64,000 bases of DNA from Candidatus Uhrbacteria bacterium (GTDB lineage: Bacteria > Patescibacteriota > Patescibacteriia > UBA9934 > GWF2-40-263): contig JAERTI010000035.1 of assembly GCA_016844925.1 (NCBI GenBank), positions 4,949 to 68,948 on the forward strand. Reading direction: 5' to 3'. The notes under the pieces were generated by a model, which saw nothing but the letters and a program-made list of their open reading frames with translations, was not told the DNA's origin and ran no database searches. Each line of letters starts with the position of its first letter. Positions within the stretch are counted from its first letter, which is position 1. Below, piece by piece: positions 18,531-27,344 of this stretch. The position numbers and the translations under genes are program-made.

Positions 18531-19391
18531 TCAGAGCGAGAGGCCACACAGGGCCAGGCCCGCCAGGGTGAGCGCGTCGTCGAAGGCCCCCTGAGCGTTG
18601 GCCTGCTTGAGCTGCTCCATGGTCATCAGCTGCGATCCGCCGATGATCTCCAGGTTCTCCGGGTTGGCCTCGCCGACCGACTCGATCTCAGCTTCCACCA
18701 CCCACTGCGGATGCAGGAAGAAGGTGGGATTGGCGTTCACGGTGCCGCGAAGCTTGGCGTCGACGATCTTGAAGCCACCCTCTTCGCCCGCCTCGATCTT
18801 GGCGGTCTTGAGAACGAACTCCTCGAGGTCCATGTCACCAGGGTCACCCTGGATCAGCCCACGCGGAGCCTCCCACTTCCACTCACCGGCCATGCTCAGG
18901 AGCTTGTCCCAGAGCTGTCCAGCGTCCAACAGCTTCATGTAGTCGTTGCCCGGGGGAATGAGTGCTCCCGCGAGCTCTGACTTCATCTCGAGCCCCTGCT
19001 CGGGAGTCAGAAGCGTCCAGCTGTGCTCGCCGACCTCGGTCATCTCGAGGATGTCCAGTTCTCCTTCTCCGGCATCCCGACGAACGACCGTGGGTCGACG
19101 CATGGTCATGCGGCGCTGCTGCACCACACCGATGCGATCCCCCATCCGGGCGATCACGATGGCACCGGGCTTCTCCACGATCAGCGGCTGGTCGTACAGC
19201 GGAATGACTTCTCCGCTCTCACGCTTCCAGAGCACGCCACGCAGCATCGCCCACCCCATCGGGTTGACGAGGCCACCCACCCCCACGCTCGTGGGCTTCC
19301 AGCCGACCACGGGCTTGTCCCACGGATTCGTCTGGGTGAAGTGTTCCTGGTGCAGGAGGGTGATTCCTCCGGTCAAATCATCTTGTGGCAT
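18531..19391 (-). CDS. Nudix hydrolase, ADP-ribose pyrophosphatase-like, high-GC foreign-type
   Basis: It has the ADPRase-like KPGAIVIARMGDRIGVVQQRR. The Nudix box is GDMDLEEFVLKTAKIEAGEEGGF (G-x5-E-x7-[I]E-x-x-EE-x-GF, with R replaced by I). GC3 is saturated and an aaggag SD precedes the start. Confidence 0.55.
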   Translation of the reverse strand: MPQDDLTGGITLLHQEHFTQTNPWDKPVVGWKPTSVGVGGLVNPMGWAMLRGVLWKRESGEVIPLYDQPLIVEKPGAIVIARMGDRIGVVQQRRMTMRRPTVVRRDAGEGELDILEMTEVGEHSWTLLTPEQGLEMKSELAGALIPPGNDYMKLLDAGQLWDKLLSMAGEWKWEAPRGLIQGDPGDMDLEEFVLKTAKIEAGEEGGFKIVDAKLRGTVNANPTFFLHPQWVVEAEIESVGEANPENLEIIGGSQLMTMEQLKQANAQGAFDDALTLAGLALCGLSL

Positions 19392-19472
19392 TAACCAATC
19401 TCCTTTCGGGTCTGCCCCAATGGCAGATGCGGAAATTAGTCTAAAAAGCCGATGTTGTCAATGGTTTCAATA

Positions 19473-19530
19473 AAAAAGCAGCCGTATTTCAGGCTGCGCG
19501 TAAGACAATCTGCGTTCCGAAATAGACCCG
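19473..19530 (-). repeat. Conserved 3' element D2, a copy of D1, after the high-GC Nudix-fold gene 19566-20420
   Basis: The sequence is AAAAAGCAGCCGTATTTCAGGCTGCGCGTAAGACAATCTGCGTTCCGAAATAGAC. The same terminator hairpin is followed by an atagac...gtctat hairpin. Downstream TTTTGGATCAAAGATC resembles the TGGAT motif of the junction modules. Confidence 0.65.
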
Positions 19531-19565
19531 ATTTCCCCTGTCTATTTTGGATCAAAGATCATCTT

Positions 19566-20402
19566 CTAGTAGACGTACTCGTGGTAGCCGGTGCGACCAA
19601 GCTCCTTGCGAGCCTTCAGAATCTTCTCGAACTTCTGCGCGAGTTCGCGCACGTCACTCTCTCCGACGTGGTAGTTGCACGCATGCAGCGGTCCGCTCCG
19701 ACGATGATCGTCCGTGGACCAGTCGTACGTATGGCCGTACATGAGCCGAAACTCAAAGGTCCATCCCCCCCGCTTGCGACGGCTCTTTCGCTTGAGCCGA
19801 TTGACGATGGGACGCAGGTCCGTCATCAGGACCCCCCTGACCATCGGCGGCATGGAGCACCAGTCCTCCACCGTGTCCGAGACGACGATGTTGCCATCGG
19901 ACATGAGTTGAAGAGAAAGGCTGTGAATGTCCCAGTTGTGCGAGACACTTTCGACAACCGTCTGGGCCGCCAAAGGAATCTCACGGGGCGGTTGGATGTA
20001 GCCGTACACCTGGGCGCGAAGGATCGCTTCTGCATCGGGGTAGCCGCCCAGTTCTCCGTTGAGAACTAGCTTGTAGAAGACATCCACGGTCAGCCATGCA
20101 CCAGCTTGGGTGTCAGGGCGCCGCTCCACATCCGTAAGGATGAAGAAGTGATGCTTCACGTGACCCTGGGTCAAGTAGCAAACCGAAATGGCCCGACTGG
20201 TCTCCATCAGAATCACACCACACTGTTCCTTGGCCACCCTGAGAGCCGTGTTGCCTAGGAGCTCATCGGCCTCAGGCGCTCCAGCCGCCACCCGTGGATG
20301 CGGATTCAGCTTTGTGGAGGCAAGCACGATCTTGCCGTCACGGGTGAGTGGGAGCACGATCGCCATCGGCTCGATGGGGGTTTTCTTGTTGGTATCTGTC
20401 AT
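19566..20402 (-). CDS. Nudix-fold protein with degenerate Nudix box, high-GC foreign-type
   Basis: The ATG is at 20400-20402 (MTDTNKK). The ORF track extends to a GTG at 20420. The block is IVLPLTRDGKIVLASTKLNPHPRVAAGAPEADELLGNTALRVAKEQCGVIL, with box GAPEADELLGNTALRVAKEQCGV. Conserved G, E7, R15, E19 and G22 are kept, but REU is replaced by RVA and EE by EQ. A ~110-aa C-terminal extension has no recognised family. Confidence 0.5.
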   Translation of the reverse strand: MTDTNKKTPIEPMAIVLPLTRDGKIVLASTKLNPHPRVAAGAPEADELLGNTALRVAKEQCGVILMETSRAISVCYLTQGHVKHHFFILTDVERRPDTQAGAWLTVDVFYKLVLNGELGGYPDAEAILRAQVYGYIQPPREIPLAAQTVVESVSHNWDIHSLSLQLMSDGNIVVSDTVEDWCSMPPMVRGVLMTDLRPIVNRLKRKSRRKRGGWTFEFRLMYGHTYDWSTDDHRRSGPLHACNYHVGESDVRELAQKFEKILKARKELGRTGYHEYVY

Positions 20403-20468
20403 CACATCCCTTTCTGGCACGATGTGCGTTTGTTTTTATCGATGCCAGGAGAATAACTTAGTTTTTTT

Positions 20469-20501
20469 CGGTTTGTTCGTCAATCCAAAAACCAGGCGTT
20501 C
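20469..20501 (-). repeat. Terminator-promoter junction module, variant B (GTCAATCCAAAAACCAGGCGTTCGCCTGGTTTT)
   Basis: It matches 32332-32365 at about 29 of 32 positions. On the minus strand it is the hairpin AAAACCAGGCGAACGCCTGGTTTTT followed by GGATTGACG, a TTGACG -35 element. A TAAGTT -10-like element lies 17 nt later, about 40 nt ahead of the high-GC gene's ATG. Confidence 0.6.
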
Positions 20502-20516
20502 GCCTGGTTTTATTGC

Positions 20517-21362
20517 TTATTCTGCGTTCTTTGCTTCAGCGTACTTCTCGAGGGTATCTCTCAGTGCCTCTCCGATAGGCCGCATGGTAATCCCCACCTT
20601 AGCGAGGTTCTCGTTCGCCAAGAAGTTATTTGATCGCCCCTTGGTTGCAAGCCCCTGTGCGACCAACTCTTCATTGCTAATCCACTCATTTGTGTGAGAC
20701 GGATCAACCAGCTCCTCATAGAGCCCGATCAACTCTCGGTGTCGCATGGTTCCCGGGTTGCTCACGTGGAAGATTCCTGCCGCGCGTTTCTCCAGAAGCT
20801 GATGGAACACGTCAATCATGTCCTCAACAATCGTCACGGAGTTCTCCACGTCGATCACCTTTGGATAGCTCGCGAGCTTGTTGATCAAGTTTCCAGGCGC
20901 CGGCTTCCAGTCGATCGGCATGCGGATGCGGGCGATCCCCACATTCGGAAGTGTCGAGAGAACGAGATCCGCAGCCCACTTTGTGCGTGAGTACACCGGT
21001 TGTGGGTTCCCCATGTCATCTTCACGCCACGCCTTGTCTTCATGCGCAGAGTCGCCGTAGAAGATACAACCCGACCCCATGTGCAAGAGGTAGACCCCAC
21101 GCTGCTGACATGCGTCAGCAAGCACGATCGGTTCGAGCGTGTTGCCACGAATCGTCTCGAGCTGATGATCCTCACACCAGTCTACGTTCGGCACACCCTT
21201 AATGCCCGCAGCATTGAATACGACGTCAGGACTATGTGCATCTATCTCAGCAAGCGCCTCATCTACGGTAGAAATAATCTTTTCAGAGAGAACAGCCTCA
21301 TCCCCCCAAGCCTCCTTACAACGCCGACCCATATAGCCAGCTCCGATGATCAAAATCTTCAT
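20517..21362 (-). CDS. NAD(P)-dependent sugar epimerase/reductase, RmlD-like (dTDP-4-dehydrorhamnose reductase family)
   Basis: The gene was trimmed to MKILIIGAGYMGRRC (ATG 21360-21362, 1 nt after the rmlB stop). It has a Rossmann fold and YSRTK (YxxxK). The listed 39-aa N-terminal extension is unlikely. Confidence 0.6.
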   Translation of the reverse strand: MKILIIGAGYMGRRCKEAWGDEAVLSEKIISTVDEALAEIDAHSPDVVFNAAGIKGVPNVDWCEDHQLETIRGNTLEPIVLADACQQRGVYLLHMGSGCIFYGDSAHEDKAWREDDMGNPQPVYSRTKWAADLVLSTLPNVGIARIRMPIDWKPAPGNLINKLASYPKVIDVENSVTIVEDMIDVFHQLLEKRAAGIFHVSNPGTMRHRELIGLYEELVDPSHTNEWISNEELVAQGLATKGRSNNFLANENLAKVGITMRPIGEALRDTLEKYAEAKNAE

Positions 21363-21363
21363 G

Positions 21364-22365
21364 CTATCGATCTTTATATTGCTTATCGTAATACTCCTTG
21401 TACGCACCTGTCCGGCACCCGTCGACCCAGTCCGTGTTGGTCTTGTACCAATCAACAGTCTTGGCGAGCCCTTCCTCAAAACTGGTCAGCGGCTCCCAAC
21501 CACATTCCGTGCGAAGCTTGGTTGAATTGATAGCGTAGCGGCGGTCATGTCCAGGACGATCCTTTACGTACTCAATCGCATCCTCCCCACGGCCCGTGAG
21601 CTCAAGCAACTTTCGCGTCACATCCATGTTTGGCACGCGGTACCCGGTTCCGATGTTGTACGTCTCCCCCAAGCGCCCTTTCTCTGCAATGGCCTCAATG
21701 GCGCGACAGTGGTCCTCGGTGAAGATCCATTCGCGAATCTGCTGGCCATCGCCGTAGACTGGCACGGTCTTTCCCTCAAGGAGGTTCATGGTGAACAGCG
21801 GGATCAACTTCTCTGGGAACTGATACGGACCGTAGAAGTTGCATGAGTGCGTAATAATCACCGGCGTGCCGTAGGTCACTGCATAGGAGTGACAAAGGTG
21901 ATCACCTGCCGCCTTCGATGCGCTGTAGGGTGACCGTGGCTCAAATTTATCTTCCTCAGAACTCTCCCCTTCCATGACGGCTCCGTACACCTCGTCAGTA
22001 GAGATATGCACCATGCGAGGAATCTCGTGCTTGCGCACCGCCTCAAGAAGGTTATAGACACCCTGAATGTTCGTGTCGATAAACGCCTTCGGCTCAAGAA
22101 TCGAACGGTCTACGTGCGTCTCCGCCGCATAGTTGATTATGAGGTCCATACCCTGTACCACCTTATCGACAGCATCGGCATCAGCAATCGATCCTTTCAC
22201 AAACGTGTATCGAGGATCATCCTGAATATCAGACAAACTCGTCAGGTTTCCTGCGTAGGTCAGATTGTCAAAGTTCACAATCTCCACATCCTCACGTGTG
22301 CGAAGCAGATAGTGGATCATATTCGACCCCATGAATCCCGCACCTCCGGTAATCAATATTTTCAT
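21364..22365 (-). CDS. rmlB: dTDP-glucose 4,6-dehydratase
   Basis: MKILITGGAGFMGSNMIHYLL (GxxGxxG) is followed by ISTDEVYG, PYSASKAAGDHL and HVDRSI-type motifs typical of RmlB. Confidence 0.85.
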   Translation of the reverse strand: MKILITGGAGFMGSNMIHYLLRTREDVEIVNFDNLTYAGNLTSLSDIQDDPRYTFVKGSIADADAVDKVVQGMDLIINYAAETHVDRSILEPKAFIDTNIQGVYNLLEAVRKHEIPRMVHISTDEVYGAVMEGESSEEDKFEPRSPYSASKAAGDHLCHSYAVTYGTPVIITHSCNFYGPYQFPEKLIPLFTMNLLEGKTVPVYGDGQQIREWIFTEDHCRAIEAIAEKGRLGETYNIGTGYRVPNMDVTRKLLELTGRGEDAIEYVKDRPGHDRRYAINSTKLRTECGWEPLTSFEEGLAKTVDWYKTNTDWVDGCRTGAYKEYYDKQYKDR

Positions 22366-22925
22366 ACTTGCTTTTCGATATACTCAACGACTTTTTTTCT
22401 TACAAGGCACCAAGCTGAGATACTAAATCCATCCCATATCTCCCCCGATCCAATCGCTTCATCCACCTCTTCGACCGTCATAAGCACCGACTCAAACGAT
22501 TCAAACTCATCTGGATTCGTCTCTCCGGCCACAAGTCCGTGTGCAAGATACACCCTCATATACTCCTCAAACAATCCGTTCGCTGGAGCAACCTCTCGAA
22601 TTTTCTCGATATGCCCTGCGGTATACCCCGTCTCCTCTTGAAGCTCTGCAACCGCAGCCTCCTCATCTGTTTGTTCGAGCTTTATTCCTCCCGACGGAAA
22701 CTCGAGACTCACTCTATCGAACAAGTATCGATACTCTCGATGAAGCACCAGGCGACCATCATCAAGAACCGGCACAATAATAACAGACCCAACAGGAGTC
22801 TTCATGTAGTAGTAGTCCCCCTGCTTCCCATCAGGCGTCTCGAATCGCTTGTGAAGAAATTCTGTCCATGGATTCTTGTGGAGAGATTCTGTCTTCAATG
22901 TCTTCCATGACTTCATAGACTGCAC
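22362..22925 (-). CDS. Nudix hydrolase (ADP-ribose pyrophosphatase-like)
   Basis: The Nudix box is GGIKLEQTDEEAAVAELQEETGY. The ADPRase-like N-terminal strand is GSVIIVPVLDDGRLVLHREYRY. Confidence 0.75.
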   Translation of the reverse strand: MQSMKSWKTLKTESLHKNPWTEFLHKRFETPDGKQGDYYYMKTPVGSVIIVPVLDDGRLVLHREYRYLFDRVSLEFPSGGIKLEQTDEEAAVAELQEETGYTAGHIEKIREVAPANGLFEEYMRVYLAHGLVAGETNPDEFESFESVLMTVEEVDEAIGSGEIWDGFSISAWCLVRKKVVEYIEKQV

Positions 22926-23371
22926 TTGTTCTCTCCGCGCTTACAGCAAGTATTCGATGTTCTCTTGATCTTTCCGCAAAGCTTCTCTGCAAGAGCGGTT
23001 CGCTCTTCGTCTGTCGCTCCGTCATGAGGCCACGCAGCAAGCCCATCACCCTCATAGCGAGGGATGATGTGGAGGTGTGTGTGGAACACAGACTGACCGG
23101 CGGCTGTTCCGATGTTTGATGTCACATTGAACCCATCGGCCTTCACAACAGACTTAATCGTTGGAGCAATCTGCTTCACGACCGTCATCACACGACGCAG
23201 ATCTTTTTCTGATGATTCTGTCAGGTCCGCCCCATGAGCCTTTGGAATAACCAATGTGTGCCCAGCCTTCACGGGATTGATATCCAGGAATGCAAGGACA
23301 TGCTCGTCCTCATAGACCTTTGAAGACGGAATTTCCCCCTCGATGATCTTACAAAAGAGACAGTCTGACAT
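22913..23371 (-). CDS. HIT-family (histidine triad) nucleotide hydrolase
   Basis: CLFCKII is followed by the histidine triad HTHLHIIPR. Confidence 0.85.
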   Translation of the reverse strand: MSDCLFCKIIEGEIPSSKVYEDEHVLAFLDINPVKAGHTLVIPKAHGADLTESSEKDLRRVMTVVKQIAPTIKSVVKADGFNVTSNIGTAAGQSVFHTHLHIIPRYEGDGLAAWPHDGATDEERTALAEKLCGKIKRTSNTCCKRGENKCSL

Positions 23372-23372
23372 A

Positions 23373-23735
23373 TTAGTCTTTGATTAATACGTAGATAATA
23401 GACGGAATGAAGAGCCCCATAAGGGCCAAAAGCAGTCTGTAACCATCGAGTCCATCAGATGTGCTCCAGGTTATCACAGCAAGGATAATCCCTAAAGATA
23501 GGGCCACAAGGGACTCAAGCCATGGCCGCTGCGTGTACTGATCCACGACGGCTGCCCACCAAACACCAAAGACAATCGCTGAGAGCAGGAAGATGTGCAC
23601 GGAGAAGTACCGAGAAACAAACCCTGGCTGGAGAGCATCCAGGAGCCAGAACAAGATGTACGACGTCACGGCAACGAGGAACCCTGTGCGTGTGATGGTC
23701 TCTATGGCAGAAAAAGATTTTGTCTTCCAGATCAT
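23373..23735 (-). CDS. Small 4-TM membrane protein, hypothetical
   Basis: It is hydrophobic throughout and overlaps the upstream gene by 4 nt (operon coupling). Confidence 0.4.
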   Translation of the reverse strand: MIWKTKSFSAIETITRTGFLVAVTSYILFWLLDALQPGFVSRYFSVHIFLLSAIVFGVWWAAVVDQYTQRPWLESLVALSLGIILAVITWSTSDGLDGYRLLLALMGLFIPSIIYVLIKD

Positions 23736-25141
23736 AGATCTATCGCCTCTTTAAAAAACCAAGCATTGATCTTATGAACGAGCCAGGACGTTTCTAGCGC
23801 ATCAATCCCAGGTGTGGAGAAACTAAACTTCCATGTGTGGTCATCGTCGATTATTTCTTCGACAAGGAACCCCACATCGGCCACCAGCCATTCACCCTCT
23901 TGTCGCGGCGACTGATAGTTTGCCAACACGTAATCTACGTCGAGCTGCTCAACTGTCGCGTAGGCACTTAGTGGCGTTGGATCTGGGTCAAAATATTGCG
24001 ATGCAGAGAACGCCATCTTTCCCTCAGTCACTAGTTCCAAATCTCCGGCCGGAATCTCAACAGATTCCACACCCGCCCCCGAGAGCTCAAGCACATACCA
24101 CTGATAAGGCTCTTCTACTTCCACCTCACCACTATCCCCCGTAAGCGTTTGGACACCTTCTGCATGCTTGGTCTGCCCGCGTAGACGCTTTGAACCTGTC
24201 CAGAGTGTTGTGCCTCGTGGCGGCTCGCTGTAGCCCACCTCGTCACCAATAAAGACCGTGTTCAAGAAGACGACCTTTTGCTGTGGCGTCTGAATCGATC
24301 GGAAGAAGACGTCACGTGTCGTCGACATCACCACCTTGTACACTCCCTCGCTAAGCCCTCCTGCGGTCAGCTCCAGATGCATGACCCCGCTTGGCTGTGC
24401 CTCATCGGTACTATCTCCATCGTCCTCAGCCCGCGCCTCAGCAACCGGCTGACCCTGCTCATTGAACACGGTGATACGCACAACATCCTCGCCTTCATCG
24501 CGATTCATGTCCATGTAGTCGAAGGTAAAACGAAGCGTCTCGTCTTTGATGTACGTCTTAAACTCGTGATGCCCACGGAGCGAGACATCGATTCGCTGCT
24601 CAGCATCGGTTGGCTCATAGCCATCCAGGCGATACGGGACGTCGTAGGTGGTTCGATAGGTGGCCACACGGTCACGTGCGGGTGGACTAGCGAAGAAGTC
24701 ATCGATGGATGCGTACTGCTGTTCACGCTGAAGCAGCACAAGCTCTTCACCATTAATACGTGTCCAATCACTCTCATCAATCAGCCGGTTGTGCAGCGGT
24801 AGAAGCGTGTAAACATCTGGATCTTCTCCCGAGAAGGCTCCTAGCTCCACGATCGGCAACGTCTCATTCTGAAACCAAACTTCAAGCTGCACCGCACTAA
24901 AGTCACGATGTGGGTGCACAAAGAAAAATGCTGGATCCGACACAATCGCTTGCATCCCATCGACGGGCACCTCCACGCGCTGACTCGGTCCAATTTCATC
25001 GATGAACGGAGACTCTTCCCCGACAACATGTTCAACAAAAAACACTCCCGACGGCACAAACCACTGCGTCGCAAGCCACCCGAGAATCAGGATCGGGATC
25101 AAAATAAAGACGAACTGTGTAAAGCGTGTAAGGATGATCAT
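23732..25141 (-). CDS. Membrane-anchored extracytoplasmic protein, hypothetical (translationally coupled to the GT-C gene)
   Basis: An N-terminal TM helix precedes a large soluble domain. The start overlaps the stop of 25138-26757 by 4 nt. Confidence 0.45.
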   Translation of the reverse strand: MIILTRFTQFVFILIPILILGWLATQWFVPSGVFFVEHVVGEESPFIDEIGPSQRVEVPVDGMQAIVSDPAFFFVHPHRDFSAVQLEVWFQNETLPIVELGAFSGEDPDVYTLLPLHNRLIDESDWTRINGEELVLLQREQQYASIDDFFASPPARDRVATYRTTYDVPYRLDGYEPTDAEQRIDVSLRGHHEFKTYIKDETLRFTFDYMDMNRDEGEDVVRITVFNEQGQPVAEARAEDDGDSTDEAQPSGVMHLELTAGGLSEGVYKVVMSTTRDVFFRSIQTPQQKVVFLNTVFIGDEVGYSEPPRGTTLWTGSKRLRGQTKHAEGVQTLTGDSGEVEVEEPYQWYVLELSGAGVESVEIPAGDLELVTEGKMAFSASQYFDPDPTPLSAYATVEQLDVDYVLANYQSPRQEGEWLVADVGFLVEEIIDDDHTWKFSFSTPGIDALETSWLVHKINAWFFKEAIDL

Positions 25142-26757
25142 GGGAATATGCGATACAAACTTTCCTCATCGTATGTCTCAACGAGCTCAATACCAAGCCC
25201 CATGCCCCCCAAGCGAGACTCGTTTAGGTAATCGATGTCTTCTTGTGGGAAGGTAATGCCATAGTAGTAGAGCGGTGCGGACTCGAGCACGATCGGCATG
25301 GCTGCATACGTCGCGTCGTCGCGTAGCGGATACATCACCCGCCTGTGTGGAAAAAACAACTTGTCGGCACGATCTACGATCACGACAGCGTCTGCCTCAG
25401 TATGCCCCAAGACCGACGACTGAATCTCTGAGGAACGCTCAAGCTGAGCACGCATGATGAGCAGGCCATCTTGCCCTTGAATGAACACGGCGCTGACATT
25501 CATGCCGATCACCGCGACACACAACGCCGCCGTCAGAAACCCTCTGGCAACAGCTGTACGACCGAAACGAACCACCCAGACAATTCCCGCCGCAATCATC
25601 GGCACGGACATCAAGTACATTGGAAGCCAGTAGCGTACATAGGAGTTCGCCATGGTGATCTGCGTGGGGTCAGGATTGTCATGGATCTCCCAGGAGCCGT
25701 ACATGAATACAAGCCAGGCACTCACGAACGTGCCGAGAATAATCATTGCGCGTACATCTCGACGGTGGCGCTTTTGTGAAAAGAGTACGAATAGCCCCAT
25801 GCCCGCCAAGACACTCAGCCACCAAAACATCTCCACTCCATAGGCACTAAAGTGACGCCAAGCGTTCATTGGATGAAAACCAAACGGCAGAAGCTCGACC
25901 GCATCAAGAGAGTCACCGGCAGCAAGGTCGACAGTCTGTTCTACGGCCCCGACGGTGTACCCCGTTGTCAGTGGATGGCCATAGGTCAGATAGTTCATCC
26001 CGAGAAGCAAGCCGGCTCCAACGAGTAACCCCAGGAATCCAGCCTGCAGGCGACGAATCGAGAGAGACTTGTGCCAAACGATCGCTGCAGCCAGAAGCCC
26101 GCCTACAACCCACGTAATTTCTGAAGTCCGAACAAAGAGCGCGAGCCCCAAAGCGAGACCAGCGAGAACCTCGGCCCAGATCCCAAGACGCTTTGGACGG
26201 CACACCCAAAGCCATGCACTCAGGATAAGTGCGTCTACGAAAAGCATGTTGTGCATAAGGCCACGTGCGCTGTAATACCAGACGGCAGGATGCAAGAGAA
26301 ACAATCCGAAACTCAACGTGGCAATGGATGGTGTCGTGAATCGCTGAACGATTTGCTTAAACCCCAGCGCAGCACCAATAGTCACGAGGGGGGTAAGAAT
26401 CCAAAGCACCCACAAACCCAGAACAATTGCCGCTGTACCGTAGAGAACTGGGAGACCAAGGAAACTCCCTGGAAGAAGCTGTCCGTCGACTGTCACCGTA
26501 CTACGAGGGTGAATGCGGTCCTGGATGGCAGGATCAAGATCATACGCACCGAGATACCCCCCCGCGTCAAACAGCGTCGATGCAACATACGCGTTAGCCG
26601 TCTCGTCTGGTGACACGTAGAGATTTGCTGGATTCACGAGCGCGAGAGAGCCAATAAAAAAGATAATGGCAACCAAAATCATAAACCCCCTCGAGACCCT
26701 CGGGGGGCATTTCACATCCTTTCCCTTTATCGATGTGCGCTTCAAACTAGAGGCCAT
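25138..26757 (-). CDS. GT-C fold membrane glycosyltransferase (PMT/ArnT-like, GT39/GT83-type)
   Basis: About 11 TM segments are present. The first extracytoplasmic loop carries the DE motif (SPDETANAYV). The long hydrophobic core is typical of polyprenyl-phosphate-sugar dependent transferases. Confidence 0.55.
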   Translation of the reverse strand: MASSLKRTSIKGKDVKCPPRVSRGFMILVAIIFFIGSLALVNPANLYVSPDETANAYVASTLFDAGGYLGAYDLDPAIQDRIHPRSTVTVDGQLLPGSFLGLPVLYGTAAIVLGLWVLWILTPLVTIGAALGFKQIVQRFTTPSIATLSFGLFLLHPAVWYYSARGLMHNMLFVDALILSAWLWVCRPKRLGIWAEVLAGLALGLALFVRTSEITWVVGGLLAAAIVWHKSLSIRRLQAGFLGLLVGAGLLLGMNYLTYGHPLTTGYTVGAVEQTVDLAAGDSLDAVELLPFGFHPMNAWRHFSAYGVEMFWWLSVLAGMGLFVLFSQKRHRRDVRAMIILGTFVSAWLVFMYGSWEIHDNPDPTQITMANSYVRYWLPMYLMSVPMIAAGIVWVVRFGRTAVARGFLTAALCVAVIGMNVSAVFIQGQDGLLIMRAQLERSSEIQSSVLGHTEADAVVIVDRADKLFFPHRRVMYPLRDDATYAAMPIVLESAPLYYYGITFPQEDIDYLNESRLGGMGLGIELVETYDEESLYRIFP

Positions 26758-27325
26758 AGGTAAACAGACTGATTATGGCAAACACCACAGCGAGCGAGAG
26801 CGTGCCGACACTGATTGGAATAAACAGGTCGAATCCTGCCCACAGAGCGATGAGCAAAAGTAATACTCCTGTGACCTGGAGAAACATCTTCGTTTTTCCA
26901 AATACATTCGCTGAAACAATTTTCCCGTTGTGCTTACGAATGACTCCTCCTGCGATAAGGAGGGCTTCAACAAGCACAATCAGCAGTCCAAAGAACAAGT
27001 TCACATGCTGCACGACAACCAACAGAACTACAGACCCAATGAGGATCTTATCGGCCAGAGGGTCATAGAAGGTTCCCCACTCGGTAATCTGCTTGCGAAT
27101 CCTTGCGGTCGATCCATCCAAGGCATCCGTAAACGCGACAAATAAAAATAACGGTATGCCTACCGAAAATTGCTGTACATAGAGTAACCAAAGCACCACT
27201 GGTGTCATCACGATCCTGAACATGGTAATCATGTTCGGTGTAACAAATGGGGGCACCAGCGGGACAAATGTGTAGCGCATGATGTGATCGTGTGGAAACA
27301 GCTTTGCCGGATCGCGCTGAGACAT
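26747..27325 (-). CDS. CDP-alcohol phosphatidyltransferase family protein (PgsA-like)
   Basis: The gene was trimmed to the ATG at 27323-27325 (MSQRDPAKL). The family motif is DALDGSTARIRKQITEWGTFYDPLADK (D-G-x2-A-R-x8-G-x3-D-x3-D). Confidence 0.7.
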   Translation of the reverse strand: MSQRDPAKLFPHDHIMRYTFVPLVPPFVTPNMITMFRIVMTPVVLWLLYVQQFSVGIPLFLFVAFTDALDGSTARIRKQITEWGTFYDPLADKILIGSVVLLVVVQHVNLFFGLLIVLVEALLIAGGVIRKHNGKIVSANVFGKTKMFLQVTGVLLLLIALWAGFDLFIPISVGTLSLAVVFAIISLFTYGL

Positions 27326-27344
27326 AGTAAACTTACTGAAGATT

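Noticed and set aside
18439-19530. Interpretation of the D1/D2 elements as integron attC sites
   Set aside because: No integrase or attI is in the window. The elements lack the R'' RYYYAAC ... R' GTTRRRY core. Each contains a perfect terminator hairpin plus T-run, which is sufficient to explain conservation as a cassette-borne terminator. They are kept as repeats rather than attC.
18598-20069. Multiple plus-strand ORFs over the two high-GC Nudix genes (18598-18942, 18946-19473, 19023-19394, 19452-20069 and others)
   Set aside because: They are GC-rich antisense and alternate-frame shadows. They show no motifs and inconsistent GC3.
20421-20516. Junction module B as a MITE or IS remnant
   Set aside because: It has no terminal inverted repeats beyond the terminator stem, no target-site duplication and no transposase nearby. 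A terminator-plus-promoter reading explains all conserved positions.
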